From: Azolla caroliniana
Lineage: Eukaryota > Plantae > Polypodiophyta
Length of the DNA: 64,000 nucleotides
Assembly (NCBI GenBank): GCA_043228905.1
Contig: JBHGNT010000011.1
Coordinates: forward strand, 310,001 to 374,000
Direction: 5' to 3'
Every line of letters begins with the position of its first letter. Position 1 is the stretch's first letter. The notes beneath the pieces were generated by a model. The model worked only from the letters and a program-made list of their open reading frames with translations, searched no databases and was not told where the DNA came from. Both the position numbers and the translations under genes were made by a program. This document shows positions 46,223-57,609 of the stretch, piece by piece.

Positions 46223-46800
46223 GTACATACTATCACAGACACACCATGGTGTGTCCGTGACACATACATTCATTGGCACATTATTTCTAAAGGCCATACA
46301 AAAAAGGTTATACATTTTTGAGAAAAAAAAAGTTATATAAAAAAGGCACATTGATTGGAATCATAGATTGACATATTCGCATTCATGGGATTTTCCATTC
46401 GAAGGCAAACAAATACGAATACGAATGTGTTGTCAAGTATTCATTTAAAAAAAAAGAGTGGATGAACTTCCTCTTTTTTAGTTTCTTAGGATATAAAAAA
46501 AGGGACTTGACAATAAAAAGGGGATAATAAAGTAGAGACTTGACACTAATAAATTTTCATGGGAGATCTTTACTAAATAAATAAAAAAAATAAAATACAT
46601 TTTCATTTTATTTTTAAAAAATAAAAAAATAAAAAAAAGGTTTATTAATTCTTCACCTTTTCTTTTCCCAAAATTTATGCATATTTTTACTTGCATTTAA
46701 ATTGGGACTTCACAGTAATCATATTTTTATAATAAATATAAAATTTATTTTTTTCTAAAATAAAAAAAAAATTATTTAAATAAAATAAAGGTTTTATAAA
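45574..46800 (+). repeat. Copy 1 of a direct duplication of about 1.2 kb (right part of X1, spacer, left part of X2)
   Basis: Aligns with 51126-52368 with scattered substitutions. Confidence 0.93.
46362..46800. mobile_element. Truncated copy of TIR element X2
   Basis: ATTGGAAT + CATAGATTGACATATTCG start as at 51921-51946; similarity ends at 46800. Confidence 0.85.
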
Positions 46801-46904
46801 TGATAAAACATTGGTTATCAAAATAAAGACAAAATATCAGTTACAAGAACAATAAGAAAAAAGACAAAACATCAATTACAAAGAAGTAACGACTAGTTGT
46901 TACT

Positions 46905-46910
46905 TTTATG

Positions 46911-46942
<32 letters not shown>

Positions 46943-47020
46943 TATGTATGTATAGATATATATATATAAATATATATATATATGTATGTATAGATATATA
47001 TATATGTGTATGTATGTATG
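46905..47020. repeat. (TA)n-rich compound microsatellite
   Basis: Directly visible. Confidence 0.9.
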
Positions 47021-47694
47021 AAGTATTGTTTAGTTTCGGGTGTGTGATACTACATTTGGAGTTGTTACTGCAAGTTCTTACATTGTAATACCCCTGTCTT
47101 AATATAATATCTGCCTAGTTCTACATTTTTCCAAAATCTCTCTTTCTCTTTCTCTATTGTCAAATCCATTCCATTATGTTCTAACTTTTATTACAACTTG
47201 ATCTCGGCTAGCAGAAAGTTGCATATATGCAGCACAAAACGCCATGATTCATCACACAGCAGGCCTGAAGCCATGGTCCATAAATTGGATGGAGTCGACA
47301 AATCGATGGTAGGCAATGGAGATTGAAAGGAGGCATCGTGGACCAGAAGTGAACCACAACCATGAGATGGTCCATTACCATCACCATGACCCTCTCTGTT
47401 CAAATGAATAAATCATTTTCAAAATGCAACTTAAATGGTTTTACAATTTGAACGACCTCCAACCATATGGCCTAAACAATTTGAAGTGTTCACAATTTAA
47501 ATGGCTCAAGGTTCAGGGTTAGCACATTTTTTGAAATATTGATTAAATAGTAGCTAGTTATAGCCTATTAAACATAATAATTTATAACATTTAAGATCCA
47601 ACCTTTTCTTCTTTGCTCAGTTTGTGAGTAGAAGACTTTCTTTAGTTAGAAAAAGCTTTGATAAAGTATTGTTCAAAAGCTTAAATGACACATG

Positions 47695-48199
47695 TGTCAA
47701 GAATCATAACCGGCCACAATCGGTTTACTCTCATTCTTATGTTTGGGTGCAGAAAGTAAAAGGAATAAAACACATACAGAAAACGACAGAACTAGAAACA
47801 GAGAATACGACACACATTTTAATGTGGAAACCCGAACTAGAAAAACCAAGTGGAGCTCACAAACCCCAAAACAGATCACTAGGGTGAAGAGACGTAGTAC
47901 AACAAGAGTCTTAGAGGCACCGACCTCGAGGTCTTCTTCGTCAACAGACGGCTATGGAGATACACACTCACACACACTCTTCCTCTCTCACACGCTCTTA
48001 CGCAGTTACACAGCCAACGACTTGCACTAACTATACAACAACAATCATCATTATAACATGATGATTGCCCTAGGTGCTTATATACTAGTGCACCATTTTG
48101 ACTATTTACAAATGTAGACTCCCGAGTTGGCTGTCTACACAATTTTGCTTTCGGCCGAGGCCTTCTCTCTTCCCATCCGGAGGGACCCATTTCCTAACA
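47695..48199 (-). mobile_element. Solo Copia LTR (505 bp)
   Basis: TGTCA...TAACA; TSD ACATG at 47690-47694 and 48200-48204; shares TCCCATCCGGAGGGACC and GTGGAAACCC motifs with the D/G/H/I LTRs. Confidence 0.9.
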
Positions 48200-49169
48200 A
48201 CATGAACAACTACATATTTGATCTTATGATCAAGATTTGTGTTACAGCCCCCATGAACCAATGGATGCAAACGAATGACGTATCCTTCTATCATGTATGG
48301 GCTAAAATGCTTGTATACCTATTATGTGTGATGTGGATGCTCAATTCAAAGGTACAAGATGACCTTGCAGAAAGTTTCTCAAAGAACTTCCCGTATAAAG
48401 GAATCCCGCTTTCTCATCATACTCCTTGTAGCCCATAGATTATGAGCAAGATGTCGTCCAATCAAATTACAAATTATGAGGGCTTTGAAAAGTTAAATGA
48501 CCAAATCTCGGGGTAGCGCAGAATACACATAGGCATAACGAGAGAGACAGGCCTACCACTATAACTAATAACACAAAATATTGTTTTCTGAACTATTCAG
48601 AAATGGAAATGCAAACCACATACTAGTACCTTAATAGTTTGTGAATCTCTTGCCATTTGGTTTAGCTTGTAATTCTTTAGATAATTTAGTTTGGACAGTT
48701 GCATAGATCAGTTCAAATCAATTTAAGTTTGAAAATTTTGAAATGGTTTGCTAACCCCAAATTGAACTAAACTAAACTTTTGTCGATTGTTGTTCATATA
48801 ATGAATAAACATTGTACTTGCCATGACGCCCACCGTAAGGATCGGCCAATGAAAATGGTACAATTTGCATTATTATCTCATTTAGATTTAATAGGTATGT
48901 AGGGGCAATAGCGCCTAAATTAAACATCCAAAGAATGGATCTTGTATATATTCGATTGAACATATAATAAGTAGGTAAAACAAGCTCTTGCCAATACGTT
49001 CGGGGGTTTCCAACCGGATTCGTTGTGTAGACCTTGATTTTTTATTTAGTACAAGGAATTGTAAATCTTTGTTGAATCTTGTAATTTTTTAATGGAGAAT
49101 TGTGGGACTTCAATTTTCCATAATAATTTAATTGGAGTTCTTTGAGGGGTTGATCATGTTGGGTTATAT

Positions 49170-49440
49170 TATTTAAGTTTATGGGTGTCCTCAACCATTC
49201 CAAGGATTTGAGAACCATATTTTGTATTTAGAAAAGTGACCATTGTGAAACAAGTACAAATTTCAAGAAATATAAATGTGGGGATAGTGATGAAGCAGTC
49301 GATAATGGACCACATATTTGTGTGTACTAGTTGGAGGCGTAGGATGATTGTGATGTGGGAGAATGAATTAGGAAAATGCGATTCAGAGAGCACACCTAAC
49401 ATACACCTTTTGCAAGGGAAGGCTTAGTTTGGAATTTTGA
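49170..49440 (-). mobile_element. Ancient Copia integrase remnant
   Basis: CKRCMLG...FP, then LQLVHTN / ICGPLSTAS across a frameshift. Confidence 0.45.
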
Positions 49441-50119
49441 GGTAGAAAAAAGGATCAAGTGGCCCAATTGATAATACAACGATAGGATGTCATAGTAACT
49501 TGGATGTGTCTAAATTGTTTGGTACATGTTATGCTTCCTTTAATTGTACGTGCCATGGAATGGTCTACATAATATGTAAAGGTGTCCGTGTCTGGTTTAA
49601 AAAGGAACCATGTTGATGTAATCATGGGTGTGTTACGGCAGGTGGTGCAATCGTTGTGATAGAATTCATGATATGTACTTTTTTTATTTATGCATATTAT
49701 GTAAATGTTTGTTGTGTGAGACATATAATGAGCTTTGTTTTATTGCAATAAAGTTGTTGTGGGTTGTGTCATGTGTCATGTGTCATGTGTGTAGGCCATT
49801 GGCATATTCAACCTCGTTGTTCCCACATGGAAATTTGAATTGCTTCGAGAACTAGACATACATGTGGTTGATTTAATGAGGTAGTGACATATGTGGCTCT
49901 GGTGTCTAAGAAGGAAAGGAATAGATAGACGTGAGATACGGGCAACGAAGGAATATTTTTTGGTTGGTGAGTAAATTGTTTGTAGGACACTTTTGTAAAG
50001 CGAAAGAAAGTTGGGGGAGGATGGTTGAGGATCGAGATTCCAGATGAGTAATGGAAGTACGTAGAAATAATTTGATGGGGTAAGATTTAGCAAAACGTTT
50101 ATTTGATTTGATGGGTGAG

Positions 50120-50242
50120 CACGTGCCGCGCGTGCCGACGACAACTAAGGTTGATTGGATAAATATGGGGTCCCGAATTCCAATGACCCACACGATGGTG
50201 GCCCATCAGCGGAGGGATGAGGTGAGAGCACGTGCAACGTGT
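50120..50242 (+). promoter_or_regulatory. G-box/ABRE-like cluster upstream of the oxidoreductase fragment
   Basis: CACGTG at 50120 and 50229 and ACGTGT at 50237, 130-260 bp upstream of ATG 50376. Confidence 0.35.
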
Positions 50243-50375
50243 GCAGAGAGAAGGAATACTTAATACTTAATAAGAAGGGAAGCTGATATATGTACATATT
50301 GCTAAGCCTGCCTTCACTTCAAAGGTGGAATCCCTGTAAAGAAGAAGAAGAAGAAAGGCAGAAAGGCAGGCAGGC

Positions 50376-50789
50376 ATGGATGCCAAAAAATCTTCATCAT
50401 TACCACCACAGGCATCGGCATCATCGGCATTGCCGGAGGAGGAGATGGGCGAGGTGAGGGAATTCGAGGCGGTCATATTGGGGGCCTCGGGCTTCACGGG
50501 GAAGTACGTGCTCCGAGAGTTCCGGCAATGCATGCACGACAAGAAGAAGAAGAAGACGAAGGAGCGCAACCGGAGCCTGAAGCTGGCGGTGGCCGGTCGT
50601 AGCGTGGCGAAGCTGGAGGCTACCCTTTGATGGGCCGCCTCCTCCGCCGACAGTTCCATAATGCAGCACGTGAGCGTGGTCGTGGTCGAAGCGGACGCGA
50701 CCGACGCACCGTCGCTCCGCAGGCTCTGCCGCTCCACACGTGTGCTGCTCAATTGCGTGGGGCCATGCAACCAGTACGGCGAGGCCATC
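50376..50789 (+). pseudogene. 5' fragment of a saccharopine dehydrogenase-like oxidoreductase (SCCPDH/At5g39410 family)
   Basis: VILGASGFTGKYVLRE, LAVAGRS, then after an in-frame TGA (50628-50630) ADATDAPSLRRLCRSTRVLLNCVGP..YGEA; truncated at 50789. Confidence 0.88.
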
Positions 50790-50804
50790 TAATCATAAAA
50801 CTCC

Positions 50805-51124
50805 TCGAAGGGGCGTGTTGAGAATCGAACTGAACTTCCCATAGTTAGGTTTCACACTAGCTCATGGACATTCCATGCTAGTTTTGTAAATATTAGAAAG
50901 GGCACTTGCCCTAGCTTAGTTGGTATATAAACCAACCTTTTGTAACTTAGTTACTGTTGGATGATGTTGGATGATGTTGGATGTTTATGTTAATGTAACA
51001 TATTGTCTTTGACTATCTCTGTCTTGAGCTCTCACTCACCCTCTCTCTCTCTCTCTCTGTTGTCTCTCTCACACACACACTAATCATCTTCCACTGTAAT
51101 CACCATCGACTTCATTTCCTTACA
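50805..51124 (+). mobile_element. PPT plus 3' LTR of the F family, lacking the rest of the element
   Basis: LTR 50816-51124 is the reverse complement of F's LTRs; preceded by TCGAAGGGGCG, identical to F's PPT; no flanking 5-bp TSD. Confidence 0.9.
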
Positions 51125-51125
51125 C

Positions 51126-51673
51126 GAGACCAATTGATCCAGGAGTTTTATGAATAGACCACGAGTGACTATCCCCTAAAATTTTCTTCTGGCTGTGATG
51201 ATTCTGTTGGTTATTTGGGTGAATTAGAGTGAATGGAATCTTCTGCGACCGATTTCTAGCTCAATTCAGTTGGTGGATTCCTACTACCATGATTCTACAC
51301 TGATTGAGGATAACCTCTACAACACCCACGATTACTATAATCATAACCTAATCGATTAGATCCATCCATATTAATCGCTAGTAGAACTGATTGCTAATTA
51401 CCCATCGATCCACACATATTTCTCATGAGTATGGTCATGGAAGTAATTACTGTCTTCTGAATAACTTTGGGGTGGATGATTTCCTTGACCTAAATGGAGC
51501 TTCTTCATTGAACATTCCCCATATCTAGAGCTATACCATAGAAAATTTTATTATCCCTATTTTTCAGAAGATATTCTTCATTGAAGAGTCCCTCTTTTAT
51601 TATACCTATTTATTGTTAAGTTCCATTTTTTTTATCATAGGAAATTAAAAAAGACATATTTCTCTCTTCTTCC

Positions 51674-51704
<31 letters not shown>

Positions 51705-52368
51705 AAACGAATACTTGACCACCCATTCGTATTCGTATTCGTTTGCATTCAAATGGGAAACTCGACGAATGCGAATATGTCAATCTATGGTACATACTAT
51801 CACAGACACACCATGGTGTGTTCGTGACACATACATTCATTGGCACATTATTTCTAAAGGCCATACAAAAAAGGTTATACATTTTTGGGAAAAAAAAAGT
51901 TATATAAAAAAGGCACATTGATTGGAATCATAGATTGACATATTCGCATTCATGGGATTTTCCATTCGAAGGCAAACAAATACGAATACGAATGTGTTGT
52001 CAAGTATTCATTTTAAAAAAAAGAGTGGATGAACTTCTTCTTTTTTAGTTTCTTAGGATATAAAAAAAGGGACTTGACAATAAAAAGGGGATAATAAAGT
52101 AGAGACTTGACACTAATAAAATTTCATGGGAGATCTTTACTAAATAAATAAAAAAAATAAAATACATTTTCATTTTATTTTTAAAAAATAAAAAAATAAA
52201 AAAAAGGTTTATTAATTCTTCACCTTTTCTTTTCCCAAAATTTATGCATATTTTTACTTGCATTTAAATTGGGACTTCACAGTAATCATATTTTTATAAT
52301 AAATATAAAAATATTTTTTTTTTCTAAAATAAAAAAAATTTTATTTAAATAAAATAAAGGTTTATAAA
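51126..52368 (+). repeat. Copy 2 of the 1.2-kb duplication
   Basis: Matches 45574-46800; X1 right TIR ends at 51789 followed by GTACATAC. Confidence 0.93.
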
Positions 52369-52601
52369 CTCTCCCCGAGTTTATACTAATCATATTTTGA
52401 TAATTTATTAAGAAATGATTGATCTTTTCTTTTAGTGAATTAAATTTATTTATTTTTAAAATAAATAAATAAATAAATTTTGTATATTTATTTTTCAAAA
52501 TGAATGGTTTTTAAATATTCTTAGGGCCATTTTGTATTCTCGAATATTGAGAATATCACACGTGGAGAATATGACGAATATCACGCATGTGTCAATCTAT
52601 G
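51929..52601. mobile_element. TIR element X2 (673-bp MITE, same family as X1, opposite orientation)
   Basis: CATAGATTGACATATTCG ... CGCATGTGTCAATCTATG; TSD ATTGGAAT at 51921-51928 and 52602-52609. Confidence 0.9.
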
Positions 52602-52851
52602 ATTGGAATTAAAGGCTATACAAAAATAGGTATTGAGTCTTTTCACTCATTGGAAAGAGGAGAACCATATCTGTAATCTAATGATTAAAGGCTCTAGTGT
52701 TAAGATCTATATCCATATTAACCTTAAACAGCCATATCCATTAAAGAAAGAAGCTTGTGTTTTCTCTATCTCCATAACCCAGCGCAAACAAAAAAACTGC
52801 CATGAATATCGAGAACAGAACAAGAAGCCACAACAAAATCAAGTCAAGTCT

Positions 52852-53151
52852 ACGGAAGCTTAATCCGTTTGTTCTTCGTAAACAATTGGATACAAAGTCA
52901 GTAATAACCCATAAGGCTCTGTTTCAGATTCAAAACTAGGGTTCAACTATGAGATTTGACTCTAGATCACGCCTTCGGTTTGTGTTTTCCGCTTGAAACA
53001 TAATATCACTCGTTGTACCGGAATGGATCCCTGAAAAGTTACTTAATCCGTTGTTAGCGTCAAAAATTGTAAACCCCCTGAAGTTCATAAAGGAAGAGGT
53101 ATAAAATATTGAAATGAAATTATACGTAGAAAACAAGGAGAGAAGAAATAA
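52852..53151 (+). pseudogene. rpl6: Mitochondrial rpl6 (unedited copy)
   Basis: ACG-EA...IGYK...KLGFNYEI...CKPPEVHKGRGIKY*NEIIRRKQGEKK*; 100 codons in one frame. Confidence 0.87.
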
Positions 53152-53154
53152 ATC

Positions 53155-53530
53155 GCATCATATATTCCAGAAACCAAATCAGTTTCCAATAAATAAGTTA
53201 GACTTGCCTCAACCTAAATCTCCGAAGTTGGACCCAAAAAAGCCACTTGGGTTTGTGATTAATCATGTCCCAGCGATAACACTAAGGTTAGTAATCTAAC
53301 TCGGCACTAAATTGACCAAATTAGCATAATAGTACGTTGAAACAATTTCCTAGTTGATTTGGAATTAAAGAGAGAAATTTAGTAATATATCAAATGATTA
53401 ATTAATATCAGCCGTTACCGCGGATTCCGTCACAAAGAAGGATTGCCATTACGTGGTTAATGAACCTACAACAATGTTAAGATCTGTCACAAGTCAAGAA
53501 AAGTTTCAATCAATCAACGAAAGAATAATA
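53155..53530 (+). pseudogene. rps13: Mitochondrial rps13 (unedited copy; 3' end approximate)
   Basis: SYI...VGPKKA...LINISRYRGFRHKEGLPLRG**TYNNVKIC in one frame. Confidence 0.88.
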
Positions 53531-53689
53531 ATTCATTTTTCATTCACAAAAATGAGAGAAGGAAAGACGCCAGGAAGAAAACGAAAACGAAGGAATAGAA
53601 ATGAAGAATACAATTATGTAAAAGCAGCCTTCTGAACACTAGTAATAGTAGCTGCGCCGCAAACAGAAATGGGGAAAACACCACTAAAA

Positions 53690-54047
53690 GCCAAGAAAGC
53701 ACCACGGTATTGCCCATACTTAACCAACTTTTAGTAATACTTTCATTATCATAATAAATTGCAATGGAGATGAAAGAACAGGGTCCTCCTCAGGTTGTTC
53801 AAGAGGGTTTAAGGGTTTCCGTCGCTCGGACAAGTATGCATCTTAAGCAACTGCGAAACGTGTCGTGTAAGTTGCCACTTAACTCGAAATTAGGTCAGTT
53901 GAAGTGAAAATAAAAGGAATTGGTCTTGTAAGAAAGGGATTTTCGCCAAAAAGTTCAAAAGAGGGAGGTCTTGTTACTATCAAAATTCACGACGTAATCC
54001 CAATGCTACATAATGGATGCTGACCCTCTAAAAAACGTCGTGTCTAA
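53690..54047 (+). pseudogene. rps11: Mitochondrial rps11 (unedited copy; start uncertain)
   Basis: HGIAHT*PTFSNT...SSSG...GFKG...VEVKIKGIG...IHDVIPMLHNGC*PSKKRRV*. Confidence 0.88.
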
Positions 54048-54693
54048 ATACCACCATAGAGCTATTTGTCTATACTCACCAACGTTAGAAGGTTTGGATT
54101 GGTCCTACAGCCCAACAGGTCATGGAAGGCTTGGCTCGAGCAAGGCGAAGGAATAAACCCGAATAGAGCAGCGAAGCGGGGAGATGGAATGGAAAAAGTC
54201 GACTCAAATTAGAATAATTGCAGTTTAGTTAATACCTTACTCGTCTATTCGTTCATCCAATTTCTCCATACGACAAATATCCTTTTTTTTTGCCAATCAA
54301 TCGAAAGAGTCGGCTCCGCGAAAGGTAGTTGCACTACAGGGCTCACTCTGGAATTTGATCCTATGATTTAGAGCTATGTGGATGCCCTCCCTCCGCATAG
54401 TCCCTCACCTTTTAGTTGTATATATCTATTTCTCTCCGTCTCTACATAGCTATGGATACACAACTTTAGCGCTTCATTCACCCAGTCTATTATGTCAAAA
54501 CTTACTTTCTTTATAATGCAAACCAACATTGGGGGAAGTTCCGATCCCTCCCCTCTATATCAATGACATGGTTCACCTCATCATGAGGTTACTTCCCTTT
54601 CCCATCTCTTTCTTGCTAGGAACTGCCATGAATGCAGGAGACTGCCCTGGATATAAAGTGCCGAGGAAAGGGATTCGACGGAAGAGAAAGGGA

Positions 54694-55063
54694 ACGAGAT
54701 TGTTTAAAGCTAGAGCAACGGAATAACCATCTACAATCTCGGAAGAAAGAATTACAAACTATCACACCAAATTGCTAGTGGATGAGATCGGTTGAGTGGT
54801 ATCATTTGGGGATGGAATTGCATGTGTTTATGGATCGAACAAGATTCAAGCAGGAGAAATGGTAGAATTCGCCAGCGGTGTGAAAGGAATGGCGTCGAAT
54901 TCTGAGAATGAGAATGTAGGAATTGTTATATCCGGTAGTGATACCACCATTAAACAAGGAGATATGGTCAAGCGCACTGGATCTATTGTGGACATTCTTG
55001 TAGGAAAGGCCATGCCGGGTTGTGTAGTTGATGCATTAGGAGTACTCATTGATGGAAAAGGTG
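54694..55063 (+). pseudogene. atp1: Mitochondrial atp1 exon 1
   Basis: [49 protein letters not shown]...IDGKG; probable ACG start at 54694. Confidence 0.93.
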
Positions 55064-55680
55064 GGGCGACCGTTAGATCATCTGCGGTCGAAAAAGGTTG
55101 CATACAGGCATGAGACTAACCAAAACCTGCGAAGGGAGGCTGAGACCATAGCATGTCGCAAAAGAAAGCACGATTGAAGGCAAAGCAGACGAATGAAAAT
55201 CATCGTGCATGTAGCCTGGTAGTTTGGTGAAAGATGAGGCCGAAAGCAGCAAATCAGAGTCTTTTTCGGGTGACCATGCCCTATTCGTTCGTTCATTCGA
55301 CGTGTTGCCAGATAGACATGGATATGCTCCCTACTTGCTATAGGCACATTATGGTCAGGCCCGATTGAGTGCCACTTCTCCTACCCGTAAACAAAAGTTT
55401 ACAGCAAGCATGAGAGCGGATTACCTATCTATTCTATTGGGGACGGAAGACTGAACAACATCCCGGCAAGCAAAGTGGGATCTTTCAACTCTTATCTTAT
55501 TATGGTCCCAACCATCCGCAGGTAAAACCGGCGAGATCTTCGGCAGGAGGAAAGCCTCGGAAAGAAGTCAGAGGGCCCATACCACCTGCCTACTCTCCTA
55601 AGGCGGAAACGGCACTTGGTGAATGCCAAGTAGGAAACGGGAAGGAGCCTATGCATTTGTCATGCCCGGAGTTCGAAACA
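55064..55680 (+). other. 5' part of a group II intron at the atp1i361g2 position (no domain V seen; end approximate)
   Basis: Coding similarity stops after DGKG plus one G and is followed by GGGCGACCG, a group II 5' end. Confidence 0.75.
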
Positions 55681-55748
55681 GAATAACGAAAAGGCAAGCA
55701 AGTTTTACCTAACTTAACTAAAAAGTCTAGAAGTGTTTGTAATGTACA

Positions 55749-55822
55749 ACATCCTTAGCTCAGTCGGATAGAGCAACAACCTTCTAAGTTGAAGGTCACA
55801 AGTTCAAGTCTTGTAGGATGCG
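55749..55822 (+). tRNA. trnR-UCU: Mitochondrial-type tRNA-Arg(UCU) within the NUMT (probably non-functional here)
   Basis: Cloverleaf: (A)CATCCT/AGGATGC acceptor, GCTC/GAGC D-stem, CTTCTAA loop (TCT at 55783-55785), ACAAG-TTCAAGT-CTTGT T-arm. Confidence 0.9.
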
Positions 55823-55849
55823 GAAAGTACAAATTAGATTATATACCTA

Positions 55850-56300
55850 TGGAATGCTTTGCCCTTGGCATCTATCTTGTGTGGTTTTGCATCTCCAAAC
55901 TACACTAATAACCAAAGATCTTTGACCACCAGCATGTCCCTCATCTTCAACTTACACACTAAGTAGTTGGAGCTAGTGAGCTTGAACATGCTTCCGAATG
56001 GATCTAATGCTTGCTATAATACCAAATTATAGAAAAGCAATGCTCGGCCACAACAGAGTCTCAAGCTCACAATGGAAGAAACAAATGGAAGACGTAGATA
56101 GATGAATACTTTCACACAAAATGTTAACGTGGAAAACATTAAGAGGCAAAACTAAGAGAGTTCACCAACTCCGAAAAAAACACTATATAAAACAAAGGAA
56201 TTCAATGTGAGACTCAGAGGCGCCGACCTCAAGCTCTATGTCTTCGCTAACTAGTGGTTACAATGAAAACAACTTTCCTGTTCTCTCTCTCTCTCTCTCT
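55850..56300 (-). mobile_element. Truncated old Copia 5' end: partial LTR (56028-56300), decayed PBS, start of gag
   Basis: TGGTATTATAGC (56024-56013); GSMFKLTSSNYLVCKLKMRDMLVVKDLW; LTR motifs shared with the D family. Confidence 0.75.
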
Positions 56301-57308
56301 CCAACTCTTTTTAAGATCTACATTAATGAGATCACAGATTTTATTGCTCGTAAGGGAGGCAATGGAGTAGTCCTTGGGGATACGAACGTGCATATCTTGC
56401 TCTATGCAGACGACATAGTTTTGCTTTATGAATCTGAACATGACCTACAAAGGCACCTTAATGCCTTAGATGACTTTTGCACACAACGAGGATTGGTAGT
56501 GAATCTAGGGAAAACTAAAGTCCTTATCTTCCACACGTCGGCCCAATTAGAGCTAAGTGTCACCTAACTATCTCCCATAGCCCAGTTGAGGTGGTTGGAT
56601 CATATGTCTATCTCGGAGTCACTTATGAGGTGCCCGCTGAGGTAAATTTTCGAAACACAAGTAGCAAAGGATAGACTTACGAGAGGACATGCATCCCTTT
56701 CACTCCTCGAGAGACAATGCCATCAAGCATACTTGCAACAGCCACGAACTAAAGGGTGGCTCTTTGATTCATTAGTAACTCCCTCTCTCATGTATGAATT
56801 AGCGGTTTGGGCTCTAGGACTACCATCTTTCATGTGGATGCAATTAGAGAGACCGTTGGTGATGATGTTATCACACCAACTCCGAAGCAAATCGTTGGTC
56901 CCACATGACATTATTAGGGCTGAGTTCACTCTACCCCCGATGTTAGTAGAAGCACTTTTTCAAGTTGTAGTCTTTATCCACAAGATACATAACCAACCAC
57001 TTGATAGAATATCCCATCAAGCCTTTAAGGCTTCTCGAGCACTGTATGAGTCCAACTATACTAGCCCATGGTATGGCATGATGGTGAGTTGGCTTCTTGC
57101 CAACGGTCTAGACATTAATAACCTCCCCCCCTTAAGTATGACCACGCGGCTGATAAAACTTTAATCTCTCATGAGAACCGTAATAGAGTAATACGCCAAG
57201 AAATATGGCAAATTTATACTCGGTATAAATGGATCACCCCACTAGAGCCACTCCCATCTAAAATGTCGTACTATGAGCAACACTTCATGCACTTCTCTAA
57301 GTTAGGTT

Positions 57309-57577
57309 TGTAGAATCCACTCTTCGATTCACCTTCTTCTTCGCGGCCACAGCCGAGTAATCGCGATTCAATGCAGCAGAAAATAGGAAATACAGAGAGA
57401 GACACGATACACAGGGATTAACGTGGAAAACCCTAAATGGGAAAAAACCACGGGAGTCCTCAAACTCCAACTATCACTATGAACAGGAATGTACACTGGG
57501 GAAGCTACAAGGCAACGACCTTGAGCTCACTGTCTTCGCCACAGGCGGCGGTAATACACAGAGGCAACGACCTCCTC

Positions 57578-57609
<32 letters not shown>

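Larger units (their letters stand above)
52700..55825 (+). other. Mitochondrial DNA insertion (NUMT); left edge approximate
   Basis: rpl6-rps13-rps11 in ancestral order, 5' atp1 with a group II intron, mitochondrial-type trnR-UCU. Confidence 0.92.

Noticed and set aside
44576-52601. A single 8-kb TIR element capturing the oxidoreductase fragment
   Set aside because: The outer flanks differ (GTACATAC versus ATTGGAAT); each matches an inner TIR instead, showing two separate elements plus a duplication.
52852-55822. Functional nuclear-relocated mitochondrial genes or tRNA
   Set aside because: Unedited codons and stops, no targeting presequence, a truncated atp1 and a mismatched first acceptor pair in the tRNA indicate a dead-on-arrival NUMT.
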